From a virus (lineage: Duplodnaviria > Caudoviricetes): a stretch of 64,000 nt of DNA. The stretch lies in IMG/VR virus record IMGVR_UViG_3300021431_000084. One strand, given 5' to 3'. Numbering within the stretch: position 1 is the stretch's first letter; every line of letters starts with the position of its first letter. A program made the position numbers and the translations under genes. A model generated the notes under the pieces. It saw only the letters and a program-made list of their open reading frames with translations. It was not told the origin of the DNA and searched no databases. Of the stretch, positions 10,335 to 21,255 are shown one piece after another.

Positions 10335-13300
10335 CTTCAGCTTCTCCTTGATAACGCTCGTGTCTTAAAATCAAATCACCATCTTTTTCAATTTCATCAA
10401 TCTTATACAAATGATGTCCACCAGATGATGCATACTTCTTAGCAAAGAACTCTTCTCCAGTTCTTATACCTTGTACTACTATTTTACTTCCTCTATTGAA
10501 CCAAGACTTTTCTTTAATTGTCTTAGTTCCATCGGGGTTCCTTACTGAGATTTGCTTGTCATATAAACTAAACAAACCCTTTGACATTTTTACTGTTACT
10601 ACTCCTGTCGGGGTCAAAAGTGACACAGTGGACTTGTTCTTGTCCTTCGCGATGCAAGTGCCGCAAATCTTCTTAAGAACAAACATCTTAATCTCTTTAT
10701 CACCCTTTACAAAAGTCCTATCTACTACTGGGTCTTCTGGCATACTAAAGAAGTCTGCAAAACTATACTTTGCTGCATTTACTCTTGACAATGGATGCTC
10801 ATGATAATAGAAACACAATGCATCCATTTCCCAATCCGATATAGTTCCTTTTGCATATTTATTCCAATCATCCAAGAAGATTAACTCATTTAACTTAATC
10901 AAAGTTTCTTCTTTATTTTTACTTAACCAATCTCTTAATGTGTTCATATACTTCTGGTATACATTATCCCAAGAAGTTTTACTTATTATAAAATCTTGGT
11001 CAACTAAATTATCTGCTCCAATTTCAATTAAGAAATTAATCGCTCTTTCGTCAAGTTTATACTTATCAGTTCCAAACTTACACATAGCTTTTAAATATCT
11101 ATTAAATTCAAAAACTCTAACCGCAAGTTTCATATCTGCTTCTTCTGTTGGCACAAGATTATACTTAATCAATCCCGCCATATTCTGCAAAGTCAATCTC
11201 TTTTTCTTATCGCATGTATTCCATATAAACCAAGCCATGCATATCTTTCTTTGCATGAACGCATCAAACGCTCCACCTTTAATCAAAGATACCATAACCT
11301 GTTTAGTTGGCTTAACTCTGTCATAAAAATCTTGAACAGAACTATATGGTCTATTCTCAATAATCTTCATAACAATTTCATCGCCAACATTTGCCAAACT
11401 TTTTAATCCGCAGAAGATTGAACCATCTTCCTTGTTTGGTTTAAACTCATAAGCCGACTTATTTATATCAGGGAGTTTTACCTTTATCCCTGAATTTTTC
11501 ATCTTGTTAATTGTGATTGCGACCTTGTTATAATCTGTACCAGTTCCAATACCACCAGAATCTGTGATCGCGCAAGCACAATTCCAATAGATAATGGGAT
11601 AGTTGAAACATAAGTTCATTTCTTGGAGTCCTATCAACGAATAGGCCAAAGTGTGAGACTGGTTAAATCCATAACCCTTACTCATTGAGATAAGAACTTC
11701 CCAAACATATTTTGCAAAGTTTTCTTTAACTCCCTTTTCCTTTGTTACTTGATAAAATTCTTTTGTTAATTCTTCAAATTCTTTAGGGTTTTTCTTTGCA
11801 ATAGACTTTCTTAACTTATCTGCCCAAGTAAGCGAGAAACCTCCAAGTGCAGGCAGTTGTACCAAACTCATGAACTGCTCCTGTGCTATACATAAACCGT
11901 AGGATATACCTACTATCGGTTCAAGAATAATTTTTTCATTTATTCCCAAACCATAAGAAGCCAATTCTCTATCCCAGGCACTCGGATCTCTCTTAAATCT
12001 TGCTAACTTATCAGTTGGCATTTCTGTTGAACCAGGCTGGGCCATAAGTCTAATTGTTGAGTTCAAAATCGCCAAATCGTCTACTGAAGTTGGCTTAAGA
12101 GTTGCAATACCCTTAATTCCACTCTGCTTCTCCATCTGAAACAATGACTGAATCTGATGATTCCAAATCATTTTCCACATATCTTGATTATCTCTATTAA
12201 GCTTGTAAATTCCGATAGTGTTTTCATATCTATCTCTTAAACTTAAATTCTTATCAATATATCCATCTTCTGTTAACAAATCAAGACAAGTGTGTATCTT
12301 ATCCAAAGCTTCAACTGAAAGAAGGTCATACTTAATCAAACTTACTGCTTCATCATCGTGAAGGTCAAACTGAGTTATAATATCTCCATTCGGCGCTCTC
12401 ATTAATGCTGTTGAGTTAGTGAAGTCTTCATCAACGAAAATAACTCCTCCAGCGTGTTCTCCAATTCTACAAATAAGTCCTTCTACTTTTTGAGCAACTT
12501 CCCACAATTCTGGATTGTTATTCATTTCCTTAACAAATAATGGAACTGGATCAAAACCATTTTCTTCATCACCATAATAACATTGATGTAAAGTTCTAAT
12601 CTGTCCTCTGTCTGCCGGAACAAGTGAAGATATATATGCAGCTTCATCTACATCTATACCCAAACCACGAGCTGCAGTCTGGATTGCTGACTTTGACTTC
12701 TCTGTACCAAAAGTAGCTACATTACACACTCTATCTAAACCATAAACTTCACGAAGTTTATTAAGTACATCACTTCTGCGGCCGCCCTCGATGTCGACAT
12801 CAACATCCAAAACAGATACACGATCAGGGTTCAAGAAACGCCATGGGAAAGTCTTTGTTGTTTCAGCGAGAGGATTGATCTGGGTTATACCTAACACATA
12901 CAACAGGATAAATCCTACACCGGAGCCACGGCCGCACCCTACTAATGAACCTGCCTCCCAACATACATCAATAATTCTTTGAAGATTTAAGAAATATGCT
13001 GACCACTCTGCATTATTCACTCTTGAAGAAGTCCAAGTCATTTCGAGGTTATTATTTATTTCATTATAGGCCTCTTGGTTCTGTAAGTCTGCATGACTTT
13101 CTATACCATTTATAATTGCATCTACCAATTTCTTATCAGAGTTAAATTCAGAGTTATTAAAATCAGCTAACTTCGGAATAAGTTCAATATATCTCTTCTT
13201 CTTATCTTCTGGTACATACTTCTGTTCAACCCAAGGCAAATTAGGTATTTTCAATTCTTTTGCTAATTCATAATCTTCACATTTATCTTTAATTTCTTTT

Positions 13301-14169
13301 ATTGCTTCATAAGCCTTGTCAATTTCTTCTCTTGTAAAATAATCAAAGAAACTTTCAAGTTCTTCTGTACCCATCATATAAGTTGTTGCATAAAATTCAT
13401 CAACTTCTCTATCACCCTCCTGAGAATTGAGATAAGCCTTGTGAATCGGTGCATCTTCCTTTTTTAAATAATGGCTATCAGTTGTTATTATATATTTAAT
13501 ATTAAGTTCTTCACTTAATTTCTTTAAAGCTTTGTTTACAATAATCTGTTCTTTATTCTTGGAAGGCTGCATCTCTAAATAAAAATTACCCTTACCAAAA
13601 ATATTCTGAACATTTAAACACCAACCTTTAATATTTGTATACATTTGTTCTGTTGGGTTGGCTACATATCTTAAAATTGCTTTAGGTAAAAATCCTCCAA
13701 GACACGCAGTACTTGCTATTACATGACCGGGGTTTGCTCCAACTACATCTATCAAATCCTGATAATATGTTGGTACTCTTCTCATTCGTCCATTCATCCA
13801 TGAACGAGCCCAAGCTCTTGAAGATAATTCTCTAATCTGTCTATGGCCTTCTGCGTCCTTTGCTAAGAGAATGAAGTGATAATAACTATCTTTCTCTCTA
13901 TCAAAATTTTCCGCAGTTAAACCATCCCGACAAAGATATATCTCATTTCCTAAGATTACCTTAAATTCGGGGTGGTCTTTCTTAATTTTCTTATATTTCT
14001 TTTGTACTTTAATTGCATTAGCTACTGTTTCATGTTCTGTAAATGCTACGCACTCATGACCCAACTCAATTGCATAATCGATGACATCATCTACTCTATT
14101 GATTGAGTCCCTGAGACGCAAGTTACTAAAATCTGTGTGATTATGTACTGAACCCGGATATCCCTTCAT
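10327..14169 (-). CDS. dnaE: DNA polymerase III alpha subunit (DnaE-type, family C)
   Basis: PHP 'HNHTDFS..DS', 'GRGSG', catalytic 'DVDVD', 'HAGGV', 'KYDLL', 'YGFNQSH', OB fold; ATG 14169 after GAGGTG. Confidence 0.97.
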   Translation of the reverse strand: MKGYPGSVHNHTDFSNLRLRDSINRVDDVIDYAIELGHECVAFTEHETVANAIKVQKKYKKIKKDHPEFKVILGNEIYLCRDGLTAENFDREKDSYYHFILLAKDAEGHRQIRELSSRAWARSWMNGRMRRVPTYYQDLIDVVGANPGHVIASTACLGGFLPKAILRYVANPTEQMYTNIKGWCLNVQNIFGKGNFYLEMQPSKNKEQIIVNKALKKLSEELNIKYIITTDSHYLKKEDAPIHKAYLNSQEGDREVDEFYATTYMMGTEELESFFDYFTREEIDKAYEAIKEIKDKCEDYELAKELKIPNLPWVEQKYVPEDKKKRYIELIPKLADFNNSEFNSDKKLVDAIINGIESHADLQNQEAYNEINNNLEMTWTSSRVNNAEWSAYFLNLQRIIDVCWEAGSLVGCGRGSGVGFILLYVLGITQINPLAETTKTFPWRFLNPDRVSVLDVDVDIEGGRRSDVLNKLREVYGLDRVCNVATFGTEKSKSAIQTAARGLGIDVDEAAYISSLVPADRGQIRTLHQCYYGDEENGFDPVPLFVKEMNNNPELWEVAQKVEGLICRIGEHAGGVIFVDEDFTNSTALMRAPNGDIITQFDLHDDEAVSLIKYDLLSVEALDKIHTCLDLLTEDGYIDKNLSLRDRYENTIGIYKLNRDNQDMWKMIWNHQIQSLFQMEKQSGIKGIATLKPTSVDDLAILNSTIRLMAQPGSTEMPTDKLARFKRDPSAWDRELASYGLGINEKIILEPIVGISYGLCIAQEQFMSLVQLPALGGFSLTWADKLRKSIAKKNPKEFEELTKEFYQVTKEKGVKENFAKYVWEVLISMSKGYGFNQSHTLAYSLIGLQEMNLCFNYPIIYWNCACAITDSGGIGTGTDYNKVAITINKMKNSGIKVKLPDINKSAYEFKPNKEDGSIFCGLKSLANVGDEIVMKIIENRPYSSVQDFYDRVKPTKQVMVSLIKGGAFDAFMQRKICMAWFIWNTCDKKKRLTLQNMAGLIKYNLVPTEEADMKLAVRVFEFNRYLKAMCKFGTDKYKLDERAINFLIEIGADNLVDQDFIISKTSWDNVYQKYMNTLRDWLSKNKEETLIKLNELIFLDDWNKYAKGTISDWEMDALCFYYHEHPLSRVNAAKYSFADFFSMPEDPVVDRTFVKGDKEIKMFVLKKICGTCIAKDKNKSTVSLLTPTGVVTVKMSKGLFSLYDKQISVRNPDGTKTIKEKSWFNRGSKIVVQGIRTGEEFFAKKYASSGGHHLYKIDEIEKDGDLILRHERYQGEAEDE

Positions 14170-14206
14170 CGAGTACACCTCTTTCTCTTAATTTTCTTAC
14201 CTATAT

Positions 14207-14235
14207 ATTATAACATATTTTATTACTTTTGTCAA
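14207..14235 (-). promoter_or_regulatory. sigmaA/sigma70 promoter
   Basis: TTGACA-17-TATAAT with extended TG. Confidence 0.85.
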
Positions 14236-14250
14236 ATCAGATTATTTTTA

Positions 14251-14775
14251 CTAAGCATATTCAAGTATGTCGCCTATATCACAATCTAACAAAAAACATA
14301 ATCTTCCTATATTTTCTAATGAAACTTCTTGTCCATTTCGAAATTTAGTCAACGTACTTTGACTAAATAAATTTAATTCTCTTATTGCAGAAGAATTATA
14401 TCCTTTCCTTTTTAATTCTTCCATAATGTTTATTTTATATTTTATTTGTTTTTGATTTTGCTCATAATGTTTTTTTGTTTTCAAAAAAGAAACATAATTA
14501 ACACTTGGAGCATTTTTAATATTATATCCATTATTTATAGAATCATATTTTAGAATATATTCATTTTCTTTTTTATTCAAATCTTCTTCTTTACACAACT
14601 CTAATATTTCAAAAGTAAAATTTTCTATTCCCTCTTTTTGTAATATTTGATCGAAATTTTTTGAAGCTTTATTGTTTAAATGTTCTTTATATCGTTTATT
14701 AATATCTTTAGATTGACCTATATAAGATTTATTATTTATTTTATTTGTATATTTATAAATTCCACAAAGTGCCAT
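14251..14775 (-). CDS. GIY-YIG endonuclease with C-terminal Cro/C1-type HTH
   Basis: 'GIYKYTNKINNKSYIGQS..R..EH..E..GYN'; C-terminal 'SQSTLTKFRNGQEVSLENIGRLCFLLDCDIGDILEY'. Confidence 0.85.
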   Translation of the reverse strand: MALCGIYKYTNKINNKSYIGQSKDINKRYKEHLNNKASKNFDQILQKEGIENFTFEILELCKEEDLNKKENEYILKYDSINNGYNIKNAPSVNYVSFLKTKKHYEQNQKQIKYKINIMEELKRKGYNSSAIRELNLFSQSTLTKFRNGQEVSLENIGRLCFLLDCDIGDILEYA

Positions 14776-14942
14776 AATTTTGCCTTTCTAATCAATAAAA
14801 CTATACTCTCGCAGAATCTGACCTATCTTCTCATAAACCTCTTCACTATATTTATGGTAATCATCATATACTTCTGCAATTCGAGATACACAATCTAAGG
14901 CTTCATCTTTTCTTTCTCCTAACCAATCTTTATATTCATTAC

Positions 14943-15335
14943 TCATAGAATACTTAATATCCTTTCTACCTTGTCGTAATGATCTATATCATCACGATAG
15001 ATTATATCTATTATTTTTCGTACTGTTTGTCTATCTTTTTGTAAGGCTTCATATTCTTCTCTTGAAACAGTAAAATATTTAGGCAATGATGAATCAGCGG
15101 TTGTTCTACCCAAATATTTTATTCCTGAAGTATCATGTACACATGTATCTGGAATTATTGTATCTTCTTCTAATGGAGTTACAACCCTTGTTTCTGGGTT
15201 ATCCATCCACTTGTTTAATTCCTTATCACATTTTTCACAAAGATCAACTACTTCATCTAGATCAGTATGTAATTCAAAACCGGTTGAAGGTTGTAATACT
15301 TCTGCACCACATCTATCGCATATTCTTTTTAACAT
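14943..15335 (-). CDS. Hypothetical protein, Zn-ribbon N-terminus
   Basis: 'CDRCG...DLCEKC'. Confidence 0.65.
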   Translation of the reverse strand: MLKRICDRCGAEVLQPSTGFELHTDLDEVVDLCEKCDKELNKWMDNPETRVVTPLEEDTIIPDTCVHDTSGIKYLGRTTADSSLPKYFTVSREEYEALQKDRQTVRKIIDIIYRDDIDHYDKVERILSIL

Positions 15336-15482
15336 TATCTTCCCCTCTTTTCTCTTTCGGCTTTTTCACAATATTCATAACATTCTCCATTAGATTTTGC
15401 TACCCCACTCGTGTAATAGAATGGACATTCCTCTTTAAAACATTCTTTGAAATCGTTATAAGGACAAACCATTTTAATTACC

Positions 15483-15737
15483 TCACCAGTAAATGTCTTC
15501 TGTTTCTTGCCAAATTCCACCAATATACCCAGTCGGCTTAATTTTATATCCTCGCTCTTCAAACATTCCTCTTACATCTCGATAATATGTATTATCTTTG
15601 TTGATAGGGAAGCATGCCTCATGTCGTCCATGTTCTACTGAATAACGAATTCTATCATTTACTATTTCAATTAAATCATCTATTTTTTTCTGTTTCAAAT
15701 TTCTCATTTCATCTGTTATCTTCATAGGTTCTGCCAT
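15483..15737 (-). CDS. Hypothetical protein
   Basis: 84 aa, GGAGG RBS. Confidence 0.6.
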   Translation of the reverse strand: MAEPMKITDEMRNLKQKKIDDLIEIVNDRIRYSVEHGRHEACFPINKDNTYYRDVRGMFEERGYKIKPTGYIGGIWQETEDIYW

Positions 15738-15739
15738 AT

Positions 15740-15988
15740 TTAATTACCTCCGTAATAATTACTTATTTCAATAATTCTTCCACATTTATCACATTTGTAA
15801 ATATAGTCTGTATATTCACCATATCTACCACGACTTATTGCTTGTTGATATTGCCAACGTCCTCCACAGGGGCAATGTCCATTATTGTACTGGTTAGTGC
15901 TATCACAACCTCTTATTTCACCAAATAAGAATAAAATAAATAATAACAATACACCAACTATTAACTTTGCTTGAGTATCACTATCCAT
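15740..15988 (-). CDS. Small membrane protein with Zn ribbon
   Basis: TM segment, CPC and CDKC; start probably ATG near 15988. Confidence 0.55.
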   Translation of the reverse strand: MDSDTQAKLIVGVLLLFILFLFGEIRGCDSTNQYNNGHCPCGGRWQYQQAISRGRYGEYTDYIYKCDKCGRIIEISNYYGGN

Positions 15989-16127
15989 TAAGACTTCCCC
16001 CAATATTCTAAAGTTATACGTGGATACTGATCAACACCAGCCTCTATTTCACATCTAATTATATTTCTCAAAGGGATTATAAGACAATCCTCTCCGTTGT
16101 AAGTCTGATATTGACTGAAAATCTGAG

Positions 16128-16580
16128 TTAGTTGTTCGTCCATTCTTTTATTTCAACCCCATTCTCTCTAAACCATTTTTGTAATATTGGTCTTTCGGCA
16201 CATTTACAACTTGCTGGTTCATGAACCAAAAGAACAATATCAAAATCTTGGTCTGTGCGGCCAGCCGCTGCCATGACCCGTTGACCCAAATCAATCGCTC
16301 TATTATACATGTCCTTAAAATCTAATGTGTGAAGATAATTATCATAAGCCTTCATAAAATTACATTCAAATGGGACTTTTCCACAATTCTTCCTACATTC
16401 TATCTCGACATTGTCCCAGTTGTCGGGTAACACAAGAACGGGCGCCCGCAAGCCATTCATAACTCCTCTTTTATCGAAGCCAAGTTTGAACCACTTAGGG
16501 TCCCATTTTGCTGTACTAATTGGAATTAGATTTGGGGGAAAGAAGCGCAATTGATAAAAATAAGATGTATAAAATTTCAT
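16128..16580 (-). CDS. DUF488-like hypothetical protein
   Basis: 'FYTSYF...PKWF...LLVHE...C..R..L..WF' pattern. Confidence 0.55.
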   Translation of the reverse strand: MKFYTSYFYQLRFFPPNLIPISTAKWDPKWFKLGFDKRGVMNGLRAPVLVLPDNWDNVEIECRKNCGKVPFECNFMKAYDNYLHTLDFKDMYNRAIDLGQRVMAAAGRTDQDFDIVLLVHEPASCKCAERPILQKWFRENGVEIKEWTNN

Positions 16581-16808
16581 TTATTCTTCCTCTATCTTAA
16601 AACCTATAAAATCTCCAAGACCTATATGATCTACATCGTTTCCAATATGTATTTCTTGGTCACAAATGGGACAGCCATATTTCATTGAGCGATGAAGACC
16701 ACAAGTAAAACTAACTATAATATCCATAGCTATTCCTTCATTACCCGTCATTGAATGACCAAACTCTTCACCACAATAGCGACATTTATATCTTGCTATA
16801 TATTTCAT
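16581..16808 (-). CDS. Hypothetical protein
   Basis: 75 aa, 'YKCRYCG'. Confidence 0.6.
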   Translation of the reverse strand: MKYIARYKCRYCGEEFGHSMTGNEGIAMDIIVSFTCGLHRSMKYGCPICDQEIHIGNDVDHIGLGDFIGFKIEEE

Positions 16809-17380
16809 TAACTATCTCCCCATGGGCTAATTCCAAAATCATAACAATCTACTACGTCTGTTCCATATGGGCCAGCAAATGGATTGTCATAGTCACAATC
16901 AAAGGTTTTATTTTTGTGCTGTGATTCTTTAAATCTCTTTTCATTTGCACTAATAAAATCCCAATAACTTTGTTTAGTTTTAATAATAGGCAAATCAATA
17001 TTTAATTCTCTTGCTATCTTTGTAGCATAATCTATTTGTTTTTGAGTAGGTCGAGGTTCATGTTGTACCTCGCTTGAAGCAATTAATGGACAATGTGAAG
17101 GTCGTTCAACCGCAATACCTCGGATACTTTCACCCCGATCAAGAACACAATCATATTCTTTTCCATAATCTTCATCATATCCAGTACATTGATAAAATGG
17201 ACACTCATAACAATTTCTTGGAAGAGGTTCAATTTTAATATCATATTGAACTTTATATTCATATCCATCTTTAATAATATGTCTGGTTTTATTTTCTACA
17301 TTTTCTTTCTTTTCAGGAAATACAATTTCATCACTTGTAAATGGATCTTCAGGTAATTCCATAATTGGCTCCTTAACCAT
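16808..17380 (-). CDS. Hypothetical protein
   Basis: 190 aa; Cys-rich 'CYECPF..RPSHCPL' and 'PTQKQIDYA' modules. Confidence 0.6.
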   Translation of the reverse strand: MVKEPIMELPEDPFTSDEIVFPEKKENVENKTRHIIKDGYEYKVQYDIKIEPLPRNCYECPFYQCTGYDEDYGKEYDCVLDRGESIRGIAVERPSHCPLIASSEVQHEPRPTQKQIDYATKIARELNIDLPIIKTKQSYWDFISANEKRFKESQHKNKTFDCDYDNPFAGPYGTDVVDCYDFGISPWGDS

Positions 17381-17551
17381 CTATTTCTTTTTTATTTACA
17401 TAATCTCTAATTTCATCAATAGCAAATTGAAAACTATCTGGTCTAATATCGTCCAATACAGTTACATGAGAAAAACCGGGTAAATTTATTTCAGCTATTG
17501 CATATTCTAATGTATTTAAGAGACCTAATATATATTCTTTTTCACTCATAG

Positions 17552-18733
17552 TTAACTCCTAACTAATACAAGTTTCTCCGATGCTCTAGTACATGCGGTG
17601 TATAACCAGCGCGCATGTTCCTTCTTATCATAGGGGAAAGGATCTTCAATAACCAGTACCTTGTCCCATTCGCTGCCCTGTGCTTTGTGGCAAGTGATCG
17701 CGTATCCAAAATCGTAATCTCTGGGTAAAAAATCTCCGATACGACTCTTAATCATTCTTAATCTATAATTCTCTCTAAAATCAAGATAAGGCTCACCAGA
17801 AGTAATAAGAGTTTTATCCATTGGTGTATCTAAAAAGATATTATTTTCATCAACTTCAAAATCGCATCTAATGACAGGAACTTCCTTCTTTTTTATTCTT
17901 GCTATTGGTGGAATTTGAATTGTAGTATCAATTGGATTGTGAATAATACCTGTCAAACCATTTACAAGTGGATCACCATTTGTTGAAAAATCGTCCCAAA
18001 AATTACGAAGACAAATCATCTTTTCGCCTTCTTGCGGCAAGCCGCTAAAACCCAACATCGCACGCATCTGATCATTGACAGCACGTCTTGTTGCATTGGT
18101 TCCCGTGATCACCTGATCCGCCCAAGTATAACAACCATCTACTAACTGACTCTTGGGCATAATCTGTATTTGTTCGCCCTTATAAAAATCAATAGGCTGC
18201 ATATTACGAATTGCTAATGTAAGTTTAATAATTTCAGAATCTGCTTCTTGTCTCATAATCTCGTCTAAGAACACATGCGGGTGGTCGAGATAATCATGGG
18301 CCTCGTCCTTATCTATCTGGGGCAACTGGAACGGATCTCCAAGAAAGATAACAAAGGCTCGATGTGTTAAGAGTAATTCTATCATACTCTTTGGAACCAT
18401 CGAAACCTCATCGACTACTACTACCTTTTTATCTATTCTCTCTTTTGGTCTACGGATATAGCCACCAGTAGGAAGAGGAAAATGGTCGTAAAGAAGTTTG
18501 TGAAGTGTTATCGCACCAGGATTACCCTTCTTTCTCAAGACTTCTGCGGCCTTGCCAGTGAAGGTCGCATAGGCTACATCTTCAGGGTTTACCTTCAAAG
18601 CCTCGATTGCCACTTTAACCAGTGTTGACTTACCTGTGCCTGCGTACCCTGAGATCGTCACGAACTTGTCATGATTCCCACAACGAGCAACGATTTCTTT
18701 AAGTCCTTCTTCTTGACGCGAAGTCAAAATCAT
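17552..18733 (-). CDS. SF1B helicase (Dda/RecD-like)
   Basis: 'GYAGTGKS', 'ATFTGKAA', 'VVDEVSMV', 'GDPFQL', 'YAITCHKAQGSEW', 'YTACTRA'. Confidence 0.93.
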   Translation of the reverse strand: MILTSRQEEGLKEIVARCGNHDKFVTISGYAGTGKSTLVKVAIEALKVNPEDVAYATFTGKAAEVLRKKGNPGAITLHKLLYDHFPLPTGGYIRRPKERIDKKVVVVDEVSMVPKSMIELLLTHRAFVIFLGDPFQLPQIDKDEAHDYLDHPHVFLDEIMRQEADSEIIKLTLAIRNMQPIDFYKGEQIQIMPKSQLVDGCYTWADQVITGTNATRRAVNDQMRAMLGFSGLPQEGEKMICLRNFWDDFSTNGDPLVNGLTGIIHNPIDTTIQIPPIARIKKKEVPVIRCDFEVDENNIFLDTPMDKTLITSGEPYLDFRENYRLRMIKSRIGDFLPRDYDFGYAITCHKAQGSEWDKVLVIEDPFPYDKKEHARWLYTACTRASEKLVLVRS

Positions 18734-19596
18734 ATTTTACCCATAATCCTTTCCAAAGTTATTTTTTCATTATAATTTATACGAATTAATTTAATGTTTT
18801 TATTTTTACAATATTCGTCTTTTAACCTATCCCTTATTATTCCATTTTCAGAGTAATAATTATTATTTTTATCGTAATGTTGTGGTCCGTCATATTCTAA
18901 TAAATGTAATAAATTCCAATTATCATCAAATATGGCAAAATCAAAACGTAATTTATTCACAAAAATCAAATCTTCAAAAGTAAATTCTTTTTTAAAGTTT
19001 ATATGATTTTCTGTTAAGATTTTTGTTATTATTTCTTCTCCTTTAGATTTTATACATCCACAAGAATAAGTTAAATTGTTTCTTAAAGAAAAACCTCTGA
19101 TTGATTTTATGTTACCACATTCACACTTACAAATCCAATAAGAATCCTGCTCATGGCCAGTGTGTTCTGCAGTTAAGTCTCTTTTTAAAACAGTCAATTT
19201 GCCAAATTTTAAACCGGTCATATCTATTAAAGTGCTTTTTTTATTATGGCATTGTTCACAAAATTGTCTTCCACTTTTTAATACATTAGATGCTATATTT
19301 TGAACATTACCACAATTAATACATTGACATTGTAAAATAATACTTTTATCTTTAGCTCTTAATGTGGTTATATCAATAATTTTAAAATTATTGATAGTTT
19401 GTCCTATTAATTGTGCACTTCTGTTACAATTGCACTTTGGACCTTTTCTTAATTCAGTTGATCTAATTGATTTTATTTTTTTACAATTTTTACATTCACA
19501 AATCCAATAAGCAGCGGCAGTATTCTTACTTTCGTCACGTTTTATAACAGTATAATTACCAAAAACTAAATTAGGACTTATATCACTTTTTCTCAT
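18730..19596 (-). CDS. Free-standing homing-type endonuclease (Zn-ribbon repeats plus PD-(D/E)xK/Vsr-like domain)
   Basis: Three 'FG.LTV...W.C.C.CG' repeats; C-terminal 'SKGE..LRFDF..LEYDGPQHY..D..KDEYC..IKLIRI'; very AT-rich. Confidence 0.75.
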   Translation of the reverse strand: MRKSDISPNLVFGNYTVIKRDESKNTAAAYWICECKNCKKIKSIRSTELRKGPKCNCNRSAQLIGQTINNFKIIDITTLRAKDKSIILQCQCINCGNVQNIASNVLKSGRQFCEQCHNKKSTLIDMTGLKFGKLTVLKRDLTAEHTGHEQDSYWICKCECGNIKSIRGFSLRNNLTYSCGCIKSKGEEIITKILTENHINFKKEFTFEDLIFVNKLRFDFAIFDDNWNLLHLLEYDGPQHYDKNNNYYSENGIIRDRLKDEYCKNKNIKLIRINYNEKITLERIMGKI

Positions 19597-19618
19597 TACT
19601 TTTTACCTCCTTTATAAT

Positions 19619-19657
19619 ATATGGAGATTAAAAATAACAAGTTAACAAGAATTGTCC
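19619..19657 (-). promoter_or_regulatory. Putative phage-specific promoter GGACA-N29-CATAT
   Basis: Fixed-spacing motif just upstream of the endonuclease RBS. Confidence 0.6.
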
Positions 19658-19670
19658 TTTTTCTTCTTGC

Positions 19671-19916
19671 TTAGTTGTTAGTATCATACTTCTTTGCTTC
19701 CTCTATATATAATGTACCATCTACTTTTACAACTGGCAATGTGAGTGAAGGAAAATAACCATTACCATATTCCAAATTAATAATCAACCATCTTCCCTCT
19801 TGTTGTTTATTAGTTAAAATATAAACTCCTTCTTCACCTTCTGAAAGTATAAATAAATCACCGGGTTTAAGGTTGTTTATAGTTGTTATACTATTACCAT
19901 TTCTTACTATTTTCAT
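19671..19916 (-). CDS. Hypothetical protein
   Basis: 81 aa ORF. Confidence 0.55.
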   Translation of the reverse strand: MKIVRNGNSITTINNLKPGDLFILSEGEEGVYILTNKQQEGRWLIINLEYGNGYFPSLTLPVVKVDGTLYIEEAKKYDTNN

Positions 19917-20374
19917 TTTTACTCAACCTTTCAATATCGTTAATTGTCCACATTGTTCCTTTCAGTTGTCTAAAAATAGGAAGAACTTTATTATCATCTT
20001 CAGACCTAATTACTTGTTTAATTGTTTCATACATAAACAGGTCATCATAAAATTCTTTTCTCATATTTATCCCTACTCTCACATATTGTCATCATATCCG
20101 TATGCTGCTAAAATGTCTATAAAATTTTGAGGATCAATTGTACCCTCAGCATCAAAATATAATGGCTTGAAATCATTATCATAATTCTTCATAACCATAT
20201 CTGCAACTCTTAACATATCATAAAATGAAACCTTATTTTTATCCATAAAAACACCTACCTATATAAACCAAACCTATACAAATTAAAGTTAATGTATCAA
20301 ATAAAATTATAAGATACAAAATCCATTCAATTAACTTCATTTTAAACCCTTCTACTTATTTTTTCTTATACTTT

Positions 20375-20403
20375 ATTATAACATAAATTTTAATTTTTGT
20401 CAA
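20375..20403 (-). promoter_or_regulatory. sigmaA promoter
   Basis: TTGACA-17-TATAAT with TG. Confidence 0.85.
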
Positions 20404-21245
20404 GAGGGAGAAAAATAGTTAAGAGCTGTTGTAGCATTGTTCTGGCGTCTTCCATAACTTGCAGAAGAACATCTCTCATATGAATGAGCAAATGAAAGTG
20501 CAGCTTCTCTTTCATCAGTTAAGTTACAGAAATTTTCATAACTCATATTACCATAACAATCATATTCATATTCAATAGTACGATTGAGATAATCCAATTG
20601 TTCAACTAAATTGCAATACCATACTTCTCCATATATAGAAGAATTCCATTGACATATACCATAATATCCTCCCGAATTTTGAGCAGAAGGATTAATATCT
20701 AATGAGTTACCCCCTGCCTCGTTCATGATGTTCCCGAGAACACCGGCCGCAACATAATCATTATATCCCATTTCAACTGTAAGATATAACCAAATTGTTG
20801 TTGCTTCTGGGTACTCTTCATATCTTTGTTCCCATTCAGCTTCTTCTTCTTCAATAAGTAATAATTGATAATATTCTAAAAAATATTTATAATTATCAGT
20901 CAGTTCTTGCCTCGCATTTTCTAAATCATCAAGATATTCTTCAATAGTTTCATATTGAGAAACTTCTGCAATTCTTTCCTCATACATAACCACTTGACGC
21001 TGATAATGGAGAGTATACTGTCTCGCTTCATCAGAATCAAGTGGTATTGGACGTGGAGTGGGAGTAGGAGTAGAGGTGGGTTCAACCACCTCTACTACTG
21101 TTGTTTCTATTGGTAGTTCATAAGTTTCTGAAGGTTCATCCTCTTTAAAAATAAAGTCTGAAATAAAACATACTGCAATTACTATGGTAAAGAAAATTAT
21201 TATAAATATTCCTATGAAATCTACCATTATATCTCTATTATGCAT
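20400..21245 (-). CDS. Membrane-anchored phage-tail-lysozyme-family cell wall hydrolase
   Basis: N-terminal TM, PT linker, coiled coil, then 'AAGVLGNIMNEAGG..YGICQW..EQLDY..FAHSYER'; ATG 21245 after AAGGAG. Confidence 0.75.
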   Translation of the reverse strand: MHNRDIMVDFIGIFIIIFFTIVIAVCFISDFIFKEDEPSETYELPIETTVVEVVEPTSTPTPTPRPIPLDSDEARQYTLHYQRQVVMYEERIAEVSQYETIEEYLDDLENARQELTDNYKYFLEYYQLLLIEEEEAEWEQRYEEYPEATTIWLYLTVEMGYNDYVAAGVLGNIMNEAGGNSLDINPSAQNSGGYYGICQWNSSIYGEVWYCNLVEQLDYLNRTIEYEYDCYGNMSYENFCNLTDEREAALSFAHSYERCSSASYGRRQNNATTALNYFSPS

Positions 21246-21255
21246 AAATTTCTCC

